From Gammaproteobacteria bacterium (lineage in GTDB: Bacteria > Pseudomonadota > Gammaproteobacteria > Ga0077536), in contig JBLFWX010000022.1 of NCBI GenBank assembly GCA_047611805.1, forward strand, positions 233-64,232: a DNA stretch of 64,000 nucleotides, in the 5' to 3' direction. How positions within the stretch are numbered: position 1 is the first letter of the stretch; each line of letters starts with the position of its first letter. This document shows positions 44,575-56,502 of the stretch, piece by piece. The translations under genes were made by a program, and so were the position numbers. The notes beneath the pieces were generated by a model, which saw only the letters and a program-made list of their open reading frames with translations, made no database searches and had not been told where the DNA came from.

Positions 44575-44884
44575 TCAATCCGACGCCGCTGACGTCATTA
44601 TTTTGACAAGCGTGTCCTCCACCTCCTGCGCCACCCCCTTGAGCTGCGGCGTGTTGAACAGCGCCAACAGCGTAGTGGGCTTGAGCGTTGCGATAACAGT
44701 CTTACCCCCTTCCTCGTAGATGGAGATGCAGCACGGTAGCGCGGTCGAACTCGACGCCCTTGTTCGTCATGGTCTCTTCGAGGTTGTGGATCTGCATGAC
44801 GCCAAAGTGATTGGCCTCAACGGCGGCCTGCAAGGCAGAGGATGCGGCGCTCACCGTTTTGTCTGTGGATAATTTGATCAGCAT
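44575..44884 (-). pseudogene. DUF302 family protein with internal deletion and frameshift
   Basis: AANHFGV-like NHFGVMQIHNL.ETM..KGVEF, then in another frame TALPCCISIYEEGGKT.IATLKP...VAQEVE. The central EVC-containing segment is missing. Confidence 0.8.
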
Positions 44885-45482
44885 AATTTTCCTCTTACGG
44901 TTAGCTGTTCGTTTCATGGCAGCACCACCTGCTGAATTACTTTTTGATCCGATTGCTAATCACCACTACCACAAGACCGCCGAGGCAAAGCCAAGTAGGA
45001 CGTCGCGGTCGCCGAAAAAACAGATGGCTTCACGCACACCCACTAAGTTCTGCGGCAGCGGCGACAGCGACAGTAACGGTAGTCAATACCTCATCGAGTA
45101 AATGTCCCTCTTTTGCCAAAAAGGGCCGATCAATGGCTGCGATGATTTCCTCAGCGACTGACGCGATGTCATGAATAAAGTAAATAAGGACATCCACAAC
45201 GCGTCGCCTACGCCGCGAAAGGTGTGCAACACGATCGAGCTTCCCATACAAGCAGACTAATTCACGACGACTGAACAGTTCTTGACGCAAATCATGTTCT
45301 TCAAGGTTTCTACTATGGCTGCTACGCGCGATACACTCGTGCTCGACGCCACACATGTAACAACGAACTGCCGGGCACAACCCCTGCGTCGCCAATCGCT
45401 CTGCACAGTGGTCCGCATTAAATCCGTTCATCTTGACGTAGATTAGGACCGAAGCACTGATGTCGCCTGTACAATCACAAGC

Positions 45483-48400
45483 ATGATGAAATGCACCGCA
45501 GTCGTTTCCAAAGATGTCCTTCGAGTACGGGTAGCCACGGTCAGACTTTTCTTCGTCTTGATCATTGCTATGGCGCGCAGCGTAACGTTTGCGCAGGATC
45601 TACCGCTCGGGAGCCCAAGTAACGCAGTACTCGAGGCCGAGCTCGAACGGGTAAAGGTCAGTTCCGAGCTATCCGAAATTCAAAAAGTGCAAATGCTCGA
45701 ACAATTGAATCTTGCGTTGGCGCGCGGCGACGCGGCCGCTGTGCGAATCCAACGTGCGCAGCAATACGCCGAATCGTTGACCAAAGCACCTCAGGAACGA
45801 GCTGAGTTTGACGCACAACTTGCGGCGCTCGGCGATGCGGAAAAATTGTCTAATGCGCCGTTGGATGAGCTTGAAGTGAATTTGGTTCGTGAAAACGCGG
45901 ACCTTGCTGCATTGAGAACGCGTAGCGTGAATATAGATTCAGATATCAAGAAAGAAAAAGCTTTCGATATCCAAACGGCGCTTTTCGAAGCACAACGCGA
46001 CACGCAATTCCACAGTGCAGGGATCGCTGATTCACCAGGCACACCCAGCGCTGAACGTCTACTATCTGCAGTTACGCGCTACTGGCAAGATAGTCGTGTT
46101 CGGATGCTTGAGCAGGCTTTATTAAGCCGCGGCGTGCGATTGTCCCGCTGGGCTGCAGAACAAGCGCTGGTATTGAAGCAGATCGAGATCGCAGAGTCGC
46201 GCATCGCGCAATTGCGCACGCTAATCACAGATCACCGGATTAATGATGCGAGTCGCATCTTGGCTGCGGCCAAGTTGCGCCTCGTAAGCCTTAACGAACA
46301 ACCACACACGATTCGTGAGATCGGTCTTGAACAGGTTCGATACGCAGAACAACTCGTGGCACTTGTCACGCAGCAAGAGCGTATTGATCGCGAAAAAGAA
46401 AATTTCTCACGTGAAGCGCGTGAGCTTAGGCAGAAATTCGGCGGTTTAACTGAAGACTTACAAATCGAGCGCTTGTATTCCTCGCCAGAGTTTGGCGCCG
46501 AGCTGCGAAAACAACGTGATCGACTAACTCACATCGCCACCGCACGGCGAACGCTCCGTGCCTACGAGGCGGCGCTGACGAGGGGCCGGCTCGCGCAGTT
46601 TCAAATTGACGCGCTGCGCGAGGACGATGCGCGTTTGACCTTTACCAATGTTGCCGAGCGACTCAAAAGCGATTCATCAGCTGAGCTAACTCCGGAACGG
46701 GAAGGCACGATTCGAAACTTACTCACGCACCGTGAGGAGATACTAGCCGCGTTGGCGAACGCCTACCCGAGCCACGTAGAATCGTTGACAAGAGTCGACG
46801 CGCAAAGTCGCGCTTTGGTGGCGGAGAGCAATCAGTACGCCGTACGGTTGGATCAATACTTATTGTGGATGCCGAGCGCGAGCGCTATGGGTTTGGACAC
46901 CTTATCCCGGCTCGGCACGTCGTTGGTCTGGTTAGTGAATCCGGACTCTTGGGTTGGGTTGGTAGAAAATCTCTTGCAACGCGTAGCTAGATTGGCCGTT
47001 CCAACGTTTGTAATTGCCGTATTCTTGTTTTTTTTATTGACACGCCGAGCGCGACTCCTCGCGACATTGGCATCGATGAAGCGCAAGCTTGGGAAAGTGC
47101 AACAAGATAAAATGAGCCTTACGCTAGTGGCGTTGCTCATCACCTTGGTATTGGCGCTCCCGGGCGCGCTTGTCATGCGCTTGATGGGTGGGCTGTTGGC
47201 CCAACCGGCGAGTTTCTCCGGCGCGTTGGCGAATGCCCTAACCTACGGTGCATTGGTTTACTTGATTCTGGAATTCGTTTTGCAGTGCGTTCGGAAAGAC
47301 GGATTGGCCGAACTTCACTTTAAATGGAACACAACGACCACTAGTGCGCTGAAGCACAACCTGCCATGGTTTATGGCGATCTTCATTCCAACCATCGTGA
47401 TCAACTTGTTTGTAGAATCGCAAGGCAGTGCTGCTGTGCGAGATAGCCTAGGGCGCGTTGCATTTGTCACTGCGACGCTAGTGCTTGCGACATTTGCCCA
47501 CAGAGTACTGGACCCAAAGCGCGGTATCTTGCAAGTCGGTAAGGCAGGCGCCTCAGCATTGATGCCATGGCAAATTAGGCACGTCGTTTTTCCAATATTA
47601 GTGCTACTACCATTGCTAATAGCTGGCCTTTCGATCTACGGATACCACTACACAGCCGTTCAGATCTATGCCTACATGTTTGAGACCGCGCTTGCCGTGT
47701 TGTCCGGTACGCTACTGTTCAACCTGGCTAGGCGGGCTTTTGCAATCAGAGAGCGCCAGCTGGCACTTAAGCGGATCCGTGCCAAACGCGCCGCCGCTTT
47801 AACGCAGACTGAGTCTCCCGAGACTGCGGGGGAGGGCTTACCGACGGCTCTGGACTTGCAGGAGATTGACCTTCAGACGATTAGCACTCAGACGACTGCC
47901 TTACTCAAGATGTTAGTTGGATTGGCGATAGGGTTCGCACTGTGGCACATCTGGTCAAGTTTCTTGCCTGCGTTCAAACCGTTGGCGGAGGTCCACTTGT
48001 GGGGATCACTGGAACTACTTAACGGCGTGCCCATTTCATCAGCCGTAACGCTTTGGGATTTGTTGTTGGCCATCGTGCTCGGCGTTGTCACTTTTGCTGC
48101 TGCGAAAAACATTCCAGGTCTATTGGAGGTGGCACTGCTGTCGCGCATGTCCCTGGAAACGGGAACGAGTTACGCAGTCAGAACCATTGTTCGTTACGGC
48201 ATCGTGATTACGGGCACTATCATTGTGCTGCAGATACTGGGTGCGCAGTGGTCGAAACTACAATGGCTGATCGCGGCGCTGAGTGTCGGGCTCGGATTTG
48301 GTTTGCAAGAAATCGTTGCTAATTTCGTTTCTGGCATCGTTTTGCTATTTGAGCGACCGATACGCATCGGCGATACGGTGACGGTTGGCGATCGGATGGG

Positions 48401-48860
48401 TACGGTCAGCCGGATCCGTATCCGCGCGACGACGCTAGTGGATTGGGATCGACGCGAGATCGTGATCCCAAACAAGACGTTCATCACTGAACAACTCGTT
48501 AATTGGACACTCACCGATCCGATTACCCGTACGACGATCAGGGTCGGCGTCGCGTATGGTTCGGATGTTGCGCTTACGGGGGAAATCCTGCTCGAAATCG
48601 CAGCCGCGAATAGCCGGGTCCTAGAAGATCCCCCGCCGGCAGCGTGGTTTCTACGTTTCGGTGATAACACGCTCGATTTTGAATTACGCGTTTTCGTTAC
48701 CGGGATCGGTGAGCTGATTATTGTCACACATGAAATTAATGTTGCGATTGAGAGTACGTTTCGTGAGCATGGGATTGAAATTGCTTTCCCGCAGAGAGAC
48801 ATTCATTTCGATCCGAAACCGATCCAAATTCAAATAATCGATCCGGCTGTCAAAGAGTAG
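45483..48860 (+). CDS. MscK/MscM-like large mechanosensitive channel
   Basis: Signal peptide, long periplasmic coiled coil, multiple TMs, and MscS core QWLIAALSVGLGFGLQEI.ANF.SG..LLFERP.RIGD, IAFPQRD.H. Confidence 0.93.
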   Translation: MMKCTAVVSKDVLRVRVATVRLFFVLIIAMARSVTFAQDLPLGSPSNAVLEAELERVKVSSELSEIQKVQMLEQLNLALARGDAAAVRIQRAQQYAESLTKAPQERAEFDAQLAALGDAEKLSNAPLDELEVNLVRENADLAALRTRSVNIDSDIKKEKAFDIQTALFEAQRDTQFHSAGIADSPGTPSAERLLSAVTRYWQDSRVRMLEQALLSRGVRLSRWAAEQALVLKQIEIAESRIAQLRTLITDHRINDASRILAAAKLRLVSLNEQPHTIREIGLEQVRYAEQLVALVTQQERIDREKENFSREARELRQKFGGLTEDLQIERLYSSPEFGAELRKQRDRLTHIATARRTLRAYEAALTRGRLAQFQIDALREDDARLTFTNVAERLKSDSSAELTPEREGTIRNLLTHREEILAALANAYPSHVESLTRVDAQSRALVAESNQYAVRLDQYLLWMPSASAMGLDTLSRLGTSLVWLVNPDSWVGLVENLLQRVARLAVPTFVIAVFLFFLLTRRARLLATLASMKRKLGKVQQDKMSLTLVALLITLVLALPGALVMRLMGGLLAQPASFSGALANALTYGALVYLILEFVLQCVRKDGLAELHFKWNTTTTSALKHNLPWFMAIFIPTIVINLFVESQGSAAVRDSLGRVAFVTATLVLATFAHRVLDPKRGILQVGKAGASALMPWQIRHVVFPILVLLPLLIAGLSIYGYHYTAVQIYAYMFETALAVLSGTLLFNLARRAFAIRERQLALKRIRAKRAAALTQTESPETAGEGLPTALDLQEIDLQTISTQTTALLKMLVGLAIGFALWHIWSSFLPAFKPLAEVHLWGSLELLNGVPISSAVTLWDLLLAIVLGVVTFAAAKNIPGLLEVALLSRMSLETGTSYAVRTIVRYGIVITGTIIVLQILGAQWSKLQWLIAALSVGLGFGLQEIVANFVSGIVLLFERPIRIGDTVTVGDRMGTVSRIRIRATTLVDWDRREIVIPNKTFITEQLVNWTLTDPITRTTIRVGVAYGSDVALTGEILLEIAAANSRVLEDPPPAAWFLRFGDNTLDFELRVFVTGIGELIIVTHEINVAIESTFREHGIEIAFPQRDIHFDPKPIQIQIIDPAVKE

Positions 48861-49042
48861 GTAAGGGCCAACTCAATTCTGAATAACGCGACGCTTCTGG
48901 GATCCTGGTGTCGGTTCATCGCTAACTTACTCACGACAGAGACTCCGGAACTCTGCGGCTAGCGAATTCCGCCGCAAGCATTTGTGTGTCCGTTAGTGTG
49001 CCAACGCGCATGAGCGCCTAATCATAGAGTGAACCCAATACC

Positions 49043-51350
49043 ATGACGGTTGTTGCATTACCCGCCGCCGCTCTGCGTCTGCCGTGTTTTGATTTCGACG
49101 ATGTGCCAGTGGCAACAGTGTTCGAACTCGGTAGTCACGAACGCGCGCGCGAAGCGATCGACTTGGGGCTTTCGACTCCAGGACATCATTACAACATCTA
49201 CGTGGCGGGACCCGATCAGGCTGGACGAATGACGACAACACGGACCTATGTCGAACAGTGGGCGAATGCGCAGCCGCCGGCGTCGGACTGGATTTACCTA
49301 GAGGATTTTGACGTGCCGGCTTCGCCGCAACCCGTGACGTTACCGGCCGCGTGGGCTGCCGATTTCAACAGGCGATTAATTCACTGATCCCGACGCTCGG
49401 TCGTGAACTCGCCGCTGTGTTTGAAAGCGAAGACTACCAGCAACAGATGCAGCAACTGCGTAGTCGTGATGAGGAAGATATTTGCACGCGGTCCGATCAG
49501 CTTGAGGCGCGCGCACGGGAAATGGGTTTGGTCCTGGCGTCCACACCGGAGGGTCCAACTATCGCCGCGCTTGATGAAGCGGGCGCCGTGGTGCCGCTGG
49601 AATCACTGTCGCCTGAATTGCGCGATCCGTTGATGGAGAACAGCGCCGCAATCCGCGATTCTAAGCGCAACTCGTTCAGTCCGTACATGCGCTGGAGAAT
49701 TCAACAGCCGCTAGCGTTACCGCGGGATCGATCAATACCCTGATATCCGATTTTGCCGCTGAGGACGCGCTCGTAAACTGGTTGTCGGCCATGAAGGCGG
49801 ACGTCGTCGAGAATTTTATGCTGTTCATGCGCATCTCCGAGGGCATACCCACAGCCGAAACGGCGGCCGCTATGGAACGCTATTCGGTGAATTTGCTGGT
49901 CGACCGTAGTCGCGATTCGCGACGGCCAGTTATCGTGGAACAGAATCCAATCTATGAGAATTTATTCGGCAAAATCGAGTATCGACAGCTTCCCGGTGGT
50001 GGAATCGAAACCGGTGTTGCGCTGATCCGGGGTGGCTCCCTACACCGGGCAAACGGCGGTGTACTGATTCTGCGGGCCGCCGATGTGGTGGGCCAACCCA
50101 TGCTTTGGAGTTTCCTGAAAGCGGCGTTGCGCGATAGTGAAATCCGTATCGAAGAGTTCTATCGCGAGGGCAGCCCGCCACTCGCTGGTGCGCCACGGCC
50201 AGTGCCAGTGCCCCTCGATATCAAAGTCATACTGGTCGGGTCGCAAAGTCTGTACCGTGGTTTTTTTATTCACGACGCAGAATTTTCGGCCGACTTCAAA
50301 ATTCACGCGCAGATTGATCCGAACGTCGATGCGACACGTGAGAACCTTTCTCGTTATGCGGCAGTGATAGCGGAGTACGCGCGCACACTAAACCGTTCGA
50401 TCCGCTCTGAGGCGATGAGTCGCCTATTAAGTTTGGCGGCGCGTTGGGCGACACATCGCAAGCCACTCACATCTTCCTACGAATTGCTGTGCAACCTCAT
50501 CGAGGAAGCGAGTGCTGATGATACGGGTCAGGTATCGCGTGAAGCCGTCGCCGCTGCCGTGAGTGCGCGTCGACGGCGTAACTCACAAATGGAAGATGAG
50601 GCGCAACGAGCAATCCGCAACAAACTGACGATCATACAAGTGCATGGTACGACGGTCGGGCAGGTCAACGGTCTTACCGTACAACAATTGGGCGATAACG
50701 CGTTCGGCACTCCGGCACGGATCACCGCGCGGTCTTCGGTCGGCCGCCGCGGGGTGATTAGTATCGAGCGACTCGTTGCCATGAGCGGACCGATCCAACA
50801 GAAAGGTTCCATGGTGTTGCAGGACATTCTCGCGCGACGCTTCGCCCGCACCGCGCCGATGTCGTTTGATTGCAGCGTGACGTTCGAACAATTGTATGGC
50901 GGTGTCGAAGGCGACAGCGCATCGATGGCCGAGTACCTCGCTATCATTTCCGACCTAGCTGATACTCCAATCCGGCAGGATCTCGCGATCACGGGTTCAG
51001 TTAATCAACTCGGCGAGGCGCAGGTGATCGGCGGTGTGCATCATAAAATTGAAGGGTTTTACCGTACGTGTCGTGAAAATGGTGGCCTAAGCGGAACGCA
51101 AGGAGTCGTCGTCCCTGCACAAAACCGAGATCACCTGGTGCTGCGCGACGAGGTGGCGGACGCCGTCGAAGCGGGAATGTTTCATGTTTTTACAGTGAAC
51201 ACTGTGGATGAAGCCGTGGCCTTGTTTACTGGAATGAATGTCGGTCTCGGCGCCAACGGCGAGGTCATCGCAGACGCGGACTCCGTTTACGGAAGGGTAC
51301 TTGCAACGCTGCGCGATTTCGATGTAGCACTCGCAACGCGTCACTTGTAA
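49043..51350 (+). pseudogene. Lon-like (AAA_32 + Lon_C) ATP-dependent protease with two frameshifts
   Basis: Three consecutive ORFs (RAREAIDLGL/DWIY; FESEDYQ; NLFGKIEY, GSLHRANGG.L, GQVNGL, FEQLYGGVEGDSAS, HKIEGF). Shifts near 49350 and 49665. Confidence 0.85.
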
Positions 51351-51379
51351 GAAGTTTGTACCGTCGGAAACCACAAACC

Positions 51380-51640
51380 GAAAAATCGCCGAGGTGGCCG
51401 TCCTGTAGTCGATGCCAATATGCATTCGGTGATCTGCGGAATGCAGATGCAGAGAACGCGACTTCGGGTGCGCCGCGGATCGATGAGGAGTTGCTTGTGC
51501 TGGTTTACGACGTTGGTGAAATGACAGTTTCTAATTGCTTGCGGCGAAATAGAAAAGCAGCTTCGCAAAGTTGGCAGACGCTTCTCGAGAATTGACGAGA
51601 AAAACTCGCAGTCATAGATGTCTTCACGGTCCCGATGCGT
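51380..51640 (+). mobile_element. integrase-core (rve) transposase remnant
   Basis: AENATSGAPRIDEELLVLVYDVGEMTVSNCLRRNRKAASQSWQTLLEN*REKLAVIDVFTVP resembles ENP.WGAPRIHGEL.KLG..V...TV....PPSQSW.TFL.NH...IAAID.FTVP. In-frame stop at 51593. Confidence 0.75.
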
Positions 51641-51718
51641 TGCAGCGTATCGCCCGAATAAAACACCGGACACGGACAACGCGACAGCACAAGCTTCAAT
51701 TAGCCAGGACGGGAGTTA

Positions 51719-52165
51719 TTGAGACCACACACTGAAATCCATTTCATGGAAAGGATCGGCGGGTTAAGGGCTGCGGTACTTGGCGCGAACGACGGGATCG
51801 TATTGACCTCGAGCCTAATAATCGGCGTGGCTGCTACTGATGCGACGACCGAAAACGTATTTGTTGCAGGCATCGCTGGCTTAGCCGCGGGTACGATGTC
51901 GATGGCAGCGGGCGAATACGTCTCAGTAAGCACACAGGCTGATACGGAGAAGGCGGACTTGGATCGTGAGCGCCTTGAGCTACAAACGAATCCCGAATTG
52001 GAGCGTCGCGGGCTCGCCAGCATATACACGGAACGCGGACTAGATCCTGCGCTTGCTAAAGAAGTAGCAGAGCAACAGATGAGGCACGATCCGCAGGCAG
52101 CGCATGCCCACAAAAAAAACGGGTCCCACCGATTGTCGATATTAGTCGTAAGAAATTATACCTAA
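51719..52165 (+). pseudogene. second VIT1/CCC1 transporter, C-terminally truncated
   Basis: LRAAVLGANDGIV, SMAAGEYVSVS.QAD.E. Homology ends at AHA (about 52108) at an A-run, and the last three TMs are missing. Confidence 0.85.
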
Positions 52166-52168
52166 ATT

Positions 52169-52675
52169 TCAATGACGCTCGAAAACCGTGACACTGCCGT
52201 CTTGTCCAATCAGCAGCGAATCATACGGCGTCGATTTGTTCGGGTGTTCCATACCCGGCGAACCGAACGGCATACCCGGAACGGCCAAGATCCGTTGTGG
52301 CGGTTTGATTTTCAGTAACTCATCGATATCGCTGGCCGGTACGTGCCCCTCAATAATGTATTCGTCGATCGTTGCGGTGTGACATGCTCGCATGTTGTCG
52401 GGTACCCCATACTTGCTTTTTATCTCACCCAATGCCTCAGTATCGTGTAGCGCAACGCGAAACCCATTTTTCTCTAGATGATCCGCCCATTTGCTACAGC
52501 AACCGCAGGTTACCGATTTGTAAATCGTAATAGTGCGCTCCTCGTCGGCGACTTTGCCAGCCAAATTTGTTACTTGGGGAACCTCTTTCTCGAGCAACGT
52601 ATCCTTCGCGGGTTCGCCACTATCACAAGCCGCGATTAGCAGGGTACAAACCGCGAAGAGAATTATCCGAGACAT
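52169..52675 (-). CDS. DUF411 (CopG-like) metal-binding lipoprotein
   Basis: Lipobox LIAAC; YKS.TCGCC.KW..HL, ACHTA, IEGHVPA, LAVPGMP.GSPGME. Confidence 0.92.
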   Translation of the reverse strand: MSRIILFAVCTLLIAACDSGEPAKDTLLEKEVPQVTNLAGKVADEERTITIYKSVTCGCCSKWADHLEKNGFRVALHDTEALGEIKSKYGVPDNMRACHTATIDEYIIEGHVPASDIDELLKIKPPQRILAVPGMPFGSPGMEHPNKSTPYDSLLIGQDGSVTVFERH

Positions 52676-52903
52676 ATTTTTCTATTTCCGAATGTGTATT
52701 GCGCTTGACCCTGGCTCCAGAACCACGTTCGCGGTACGGTCCAACCCAGTTCCACTGAAAAAATGATTGTTAAAGGGTATTTTCCGCCCGCTAACATCAC
52801 AACTCCTGTTCCACGTGACGGCATCTAAAAATCAAATCGCTACACGCCGATATAGGCGTGCGAGTGAGAGTAGCGCGTCGGACGTGGCTTACGCCACGAC
52901 CTG

Positions 52904-53212
52904 TTACTTTTTTGTTTTCTGATGGTCGTGCCGTCGAGTACGATTTCCTTCCATCGCGTCCATCATCATTTTTATTCGGCGATGGTTTTGATTTATGTAC
53001 TTTTCCATCATTCGCAATTTCATATCGTTGGAATCTGCACTACGCATTGCATTAAGTTCAGCCGAAAGCGTCGCCGTACTCTCGTGCATTGCCTTCATGT
53101 TGTCGTCGCTCATACCCATCGCACGATGTTCCATCTGATTGTCCTGATCGCCTTCTGCGATACCTGGGCCGACCGCCAGTAATGCGAGCGCTATAATGCT
53201 GTTGCGGATCAA
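52904..53212 (-). CDS. Met/His-rich secreted protein of the copper cluster
   Basis: Signal peptide, Met-rich helical body, same strand as copA and DUF411. TTG start directly after the MITE. Confidence 0.6.
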   Translation of the reverse strand: MIRNSIIALALLAVGPGIAEGDQDNQMEHRAMGMSDDNMKAMHESTATLSAELNAMRSADSNDMKLRMMEKYINQNHRRIKMMMDAMEGNRTRRHDHQKTKK

Positions 53213-53240
53213 TCTATCGATTTTAAAGACTCTCTCAGAC

Positions 53241-53516
53241 TAGGACCTGTTGATCTTTCGTACAAGTCGCTGCTGAAGCCAGATTGGGGTCCAGCAAGGC
53301 AGAGCAAGCGTTGTGTAGCCGAGCTGCATGAGCGCGCGATAACGCCGCTGGACCCCAATCTGGCCTCGGCCCTGCGGGTTGCCCGTGCAAATTCGCCACT
53401 CGGCGTTGCGGCTCGCTCATTTGGAACAACCAAACCGCGCTCGCCGCGCCTTAATGGGCATAACTCGCAAATTTGCACGGGCAACAGCGACTTGTACGAA
53501 CGATCAACAGGTCCTA
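53241..53516. mobile_element. 276-bp MITE-like cloverleaf element (copy B, intact)
   Basis: 32-bp TIR taggacctgttgatc(t/g)ttcgtacaagtcgctg with 1 mismatch and TA at both termini. Internal perfect IRs of 18 bp (53278-53295/53347-53364) and 16 bp (53378-53393/53470-53485). Confidence 0.92.
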
Positions 53517-53869
53517 ATGTAGTTACAAATAACCACTGCCCAACACCGCTTAAGTTCCGCGTCGCCGGTTGGCGTTTCGATTTAATGGATAGAACGTAGG
53601 TGCTGGACCTCAGTCAAGCGATTGTTCATGTTTGTTGTGAATTACGGAAAGCTTGATCGCGCACGGGTGATTGGATTCCTGCAGGAACGTCGCGGTGTTG
53701 CGGACCAGTTAGTCCCGCTCGGACGAGCAGGTAGTTGCCGTGTTCAATCGCGATCTTGGAGTTAGGCCGTGATAAAAATTGGATCTTGAATTACTCCGAG
53801 ATTACGCCCGAAGTGATCGCTTGAGACCGGCGATGGTCGCTCTTCGTGCGCAATTTCCCTCAGGTTTCC

Positions 53870-54322
53870 TTATCTTGCCCAGAGACGCCCTAGAATTAGC
53901 AATAGGATCATGGGAACGAAGATCCATTGCAGCGTCGGCGCAAGGCCAGTACCGAGGACCGGCACAGTCCACATCGCATCAGCATATTGCCACCGATCAA
54001 AAACCTTGGTGGCCAGCCATTCAAGGACTACCGTGATGGCAAGGCCGATGACGAGAAAACCGGCAACTCGCGCCGTAGTTAATCGTATCGCCCAGTAGCG
54101 GTCCTTCGCCGCGAGTGTCACTGCCAAGTAAGCGGCTAAAGTAATTGCTACATCGCCAAACGTTGCCTGAGTGCAGATGATCACACCATCAAGATGCTGC
54201 ACCCTCGCGATCTCCGCATACCAGGGCATCTGCCAAAACTCCCACACGAAATGCAGGAAAAAAGCGATCACGGCCGTGTCCAGTTCAGGGTATTTGAACA
54301 GGGCTCCTGACCCGCCATTCAT
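53870..54322 (-). CDS. membrane protein coupled to the copper ATPase
   Basis: ATGA overlap with copA; 4 TMs; HFVWE.WQ.P.Y, C..AT.GD, W.Y...M..VP..G.GL.P.LQW. Confidence 0.75.
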   Translation of the reverse strand: MNGGSGALFKYPELDTAVIAFFLHFVWEFWQMPWYAEIARVQHLDGVIICTQATFGDVAITLAAYLAVTLAAKDRYWAIRLTTARVAGFLVIGLAITVVLEWLATKVFDRWQYADAMWTVPVLGTGLAPTLQWIFVPMILLLILGRLWAR

Positions 54323-56502
54323 AAAGCAGTGCGTCGCAACCTCAGTGCATTGGTGATCACCGAAACGGAGCTCGCACTCATCGCTAATGCCGCGAACATC
54401 GGACTCAGCAGGATCCCAAATGCCGGGTACAAGACGCCGGCTGCGATGGGCACCCCAGCCGAGTTATAGATGAACGCAAAGAAGAGGTTTTGTTTGATAT
54501 TACGCATCGTGGCGCGGCTCAACCGTCGGGCGCGCGCAATCCCTCGAAGATCCCCTTTAACGAGCGTGACGCCGGCGCTTTCCATCGCGACATCTGTGCC
54601 GGTCCCCATCGCGATCCCAACGTTGGCCTTGGCCAACGCAGGCGCGTCATTAATCCCATCACCGGCCATCGCAACGATTTGTCCTTCGGACTGGCGTCGC
54701 GCGACTTCCGCTACCTTATCCTCCGGCAGCACTTCAGCGACGACTTCATCGATGCCGAGTTGACGCGCTACCGCATCGGCGGTGCGTCGGCTATCACCCG
54801 TCAACATCACGATACGGATGCCCTCGGCATGCAGTACCTCAATCGCTTCCGCGGTGCTCTCCTTGATCGGGTCGGCGACGCCGACTATCCCGGCCAACGC
54901 ATTGTCGATCGTGACGTACATTACCGTTTGTCCTTCGGAACGCAGCGTATCAGCTTCGTCGACGATCGAGTCAATGGAGATTTCCAGATCATCCATCATG
55001 GCTCGATTGCCAAGCGACACCGAGCGACCGTCGACATTCCCAGTGACCCCTTTGCCAGTCACTGACTCGAAATCGGTCACAGGTGCTAGCGGCACGTTGC
55101 GCTCCTCGGCTCCGGCGACAATCGCCGCTGCCAACGGATGCTCGCTACCCTTCTCGAGACTGGCGGCCATAGTGAGTAAGGTGTTGGCTTCAACATCGGA
55201 TTGCACCGCCTTCACTGTCACGAGTTTCGGCCTACCCTCAGTTAACGTTCCCGTCTTGTCGACAAGTAAGGTATCTACGTCGCGCAGGACTTCGATCGCT
55301 TCGGCGTCACGAAACAAGATCCCGATGAGGGCGCCACGCCCGGTAGCGACCATGATGGACATCGGCGTCGCGAGTCCCAGTGCACAAGGACAGGCGATGA
55401 TCAAAACTGCCACTGCATTTAAAAGACCATGGGTAAATTTTGGATCCGGCCCAATCGTAGCCCACACGGCGAAGGTTAAAATTGCCGCGAGGATGACCGC
55501 GGGAACAAAGTAGCCGGACGCCGCATCAGCAAGCTTTTGAATCGGTGCACGACTGCGCTGGGCCTCGGCGACCATCGCAACGATTCGTGAAAGCAAGGTA
55601 TCGGCGCCGATTTTTTCGGCCTCTATCACAAGTCCGCCTGTACCATTAACGGTCGCACCGACGACTCGGTCGCCCGCTTGTTTCTGCACGGGGATGGGCT
55701 CGCCCGTGACCATCGATTCATCGACCGAGCTCGTCCCTTCTAGCACGCGACCGTCCACTGGCACTTTTTCACCCGGCCTAACGCGCAGACGGTCTCCTAA
55801 ATTAACCGCTTCTAGGGGGACATCCTCTTCGCTGCCATCAGCCTGAAGGCGTCGCGCCGACTTAGCCGCAAGGCCGAGTAACTGACGAATTGCAGCGCCC
55901 GTTGAACTCCTGGCTCGAAGTTCCAAGACCTGTCCCAATAGGATCAATGTCACGATGACACCGGCCGCCTCGAAATAAACCCCAACCTCTCCATCCATAC
56001 CGCGAAAGGCCGCCGGAAAGAGGTTAGGGAAGAGTGCGGCGACGAGCGAATACACGTACGCTACGCCGACCCCTAGGGCGACCAAGGTGAACATGTTCAG
56101 ATTCATCGTGCGCACGGATTGAACCCCGCGGACGTAGAACGGCCAGGCCGCCCACAGACAAATCGGGGTTGCCAGGGCCAGCTCAAAATAGATCCGTAGC
56201 TTGGCGGAGATCATCTGTGAGACTGGCGCGCCCGGCAATAGATCACCCATAGAGAGGAATATCAGCGGGACTGTGAACACTGCGGCAAACCAGAAGCGCC
56301 GCGACATGTCTTTGAGCTCGGGATTATCCTCCTCGGCCGAAGACGTAACGGTGCGTGGTTCGAGTGCCATCCCGCAGATAGGACAATTCCCCGGCGCGTC
56401 TTCGACCACTTCTAGATGCATCGGGCAAATATATTCCATAGATTGAGCGACGCTCTCAGACATTGGTTCGTTCGTTGGATGGATCAACTCATTTTGTTTC
56501 AA
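54319..56502 (-). CDS. copA: copper/silver-translocating P1B-type ATPase
   Basis: YICPMH..V....PG.CPICGM.L metal-binding domain, [35 protein letters not shown] and M..SS ligands. Confidence 0.96.
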   Translation of the reverse strand: MKQNELIHPTNEPMSESVAQSMEYICPMHLEVVEDAPGNCPICGMALEPRTVTSSAEEDNPELKDMSRRFWFAAVFTVPLIFLSMGDLLPGAPVSQMISAKLRIYFELALATPICLWAAWPFYVRGVQSVRTMNLNMFTLVALGVGVAYVYSLVAALFPNLFPAAFRGMDGEVGVYFEAAGVIVTLILLGQVLELRARSSTGAAIRQLLGLAAKSARRLQADGSEEDVPLEAVNLGDRLRVRPGEKVPVDGRVLEGTSSVDESMVTGEPIPVQKQAGDRVVGATVNGTGGLVIEAEKIGADTLLSRIVAMVAEAQRSRAPIQKLADAASGYFVPAVILAAILTFAVWATIGPDPKFTHGLLNAVAVLIIACPCALGLATPMSIMVATGRGALIGILFRDAEAIEVLRDVDTLLVDKTGTLTEGRPKLVTVKAVQSDVEANTLLTMAASLEKGSEHPLAAAIVAGAEERNVPLAPVTDFESVTGKGVTGNVDGRSVSLGNRAMMDDLEISIDSIVDEADTLRSEGQTVMYVTIDNALAGIVGVADPIKESTAEAIEVLHAEGIRIVMLTGDSRRTADAVARQLGIDEVVAEVLPEDKVAEVARRQSEGQIVAMAGDGINDAPALAKANVGIAMGTGTDVAMESAGVTLVKGDLRGIARARRLSRATMRNIKQNLFFAFIYNSAGVPIAAGVLYPAFGILLSPMFAALAMSASSVSVITNALRLRRTAL

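Noticed and set aside
45030-45431. 133-aa minus-strand ORF upstream of the MscK-like gene
   Set aside because: No family motif or clear RBS; probably non-coding or decayed.
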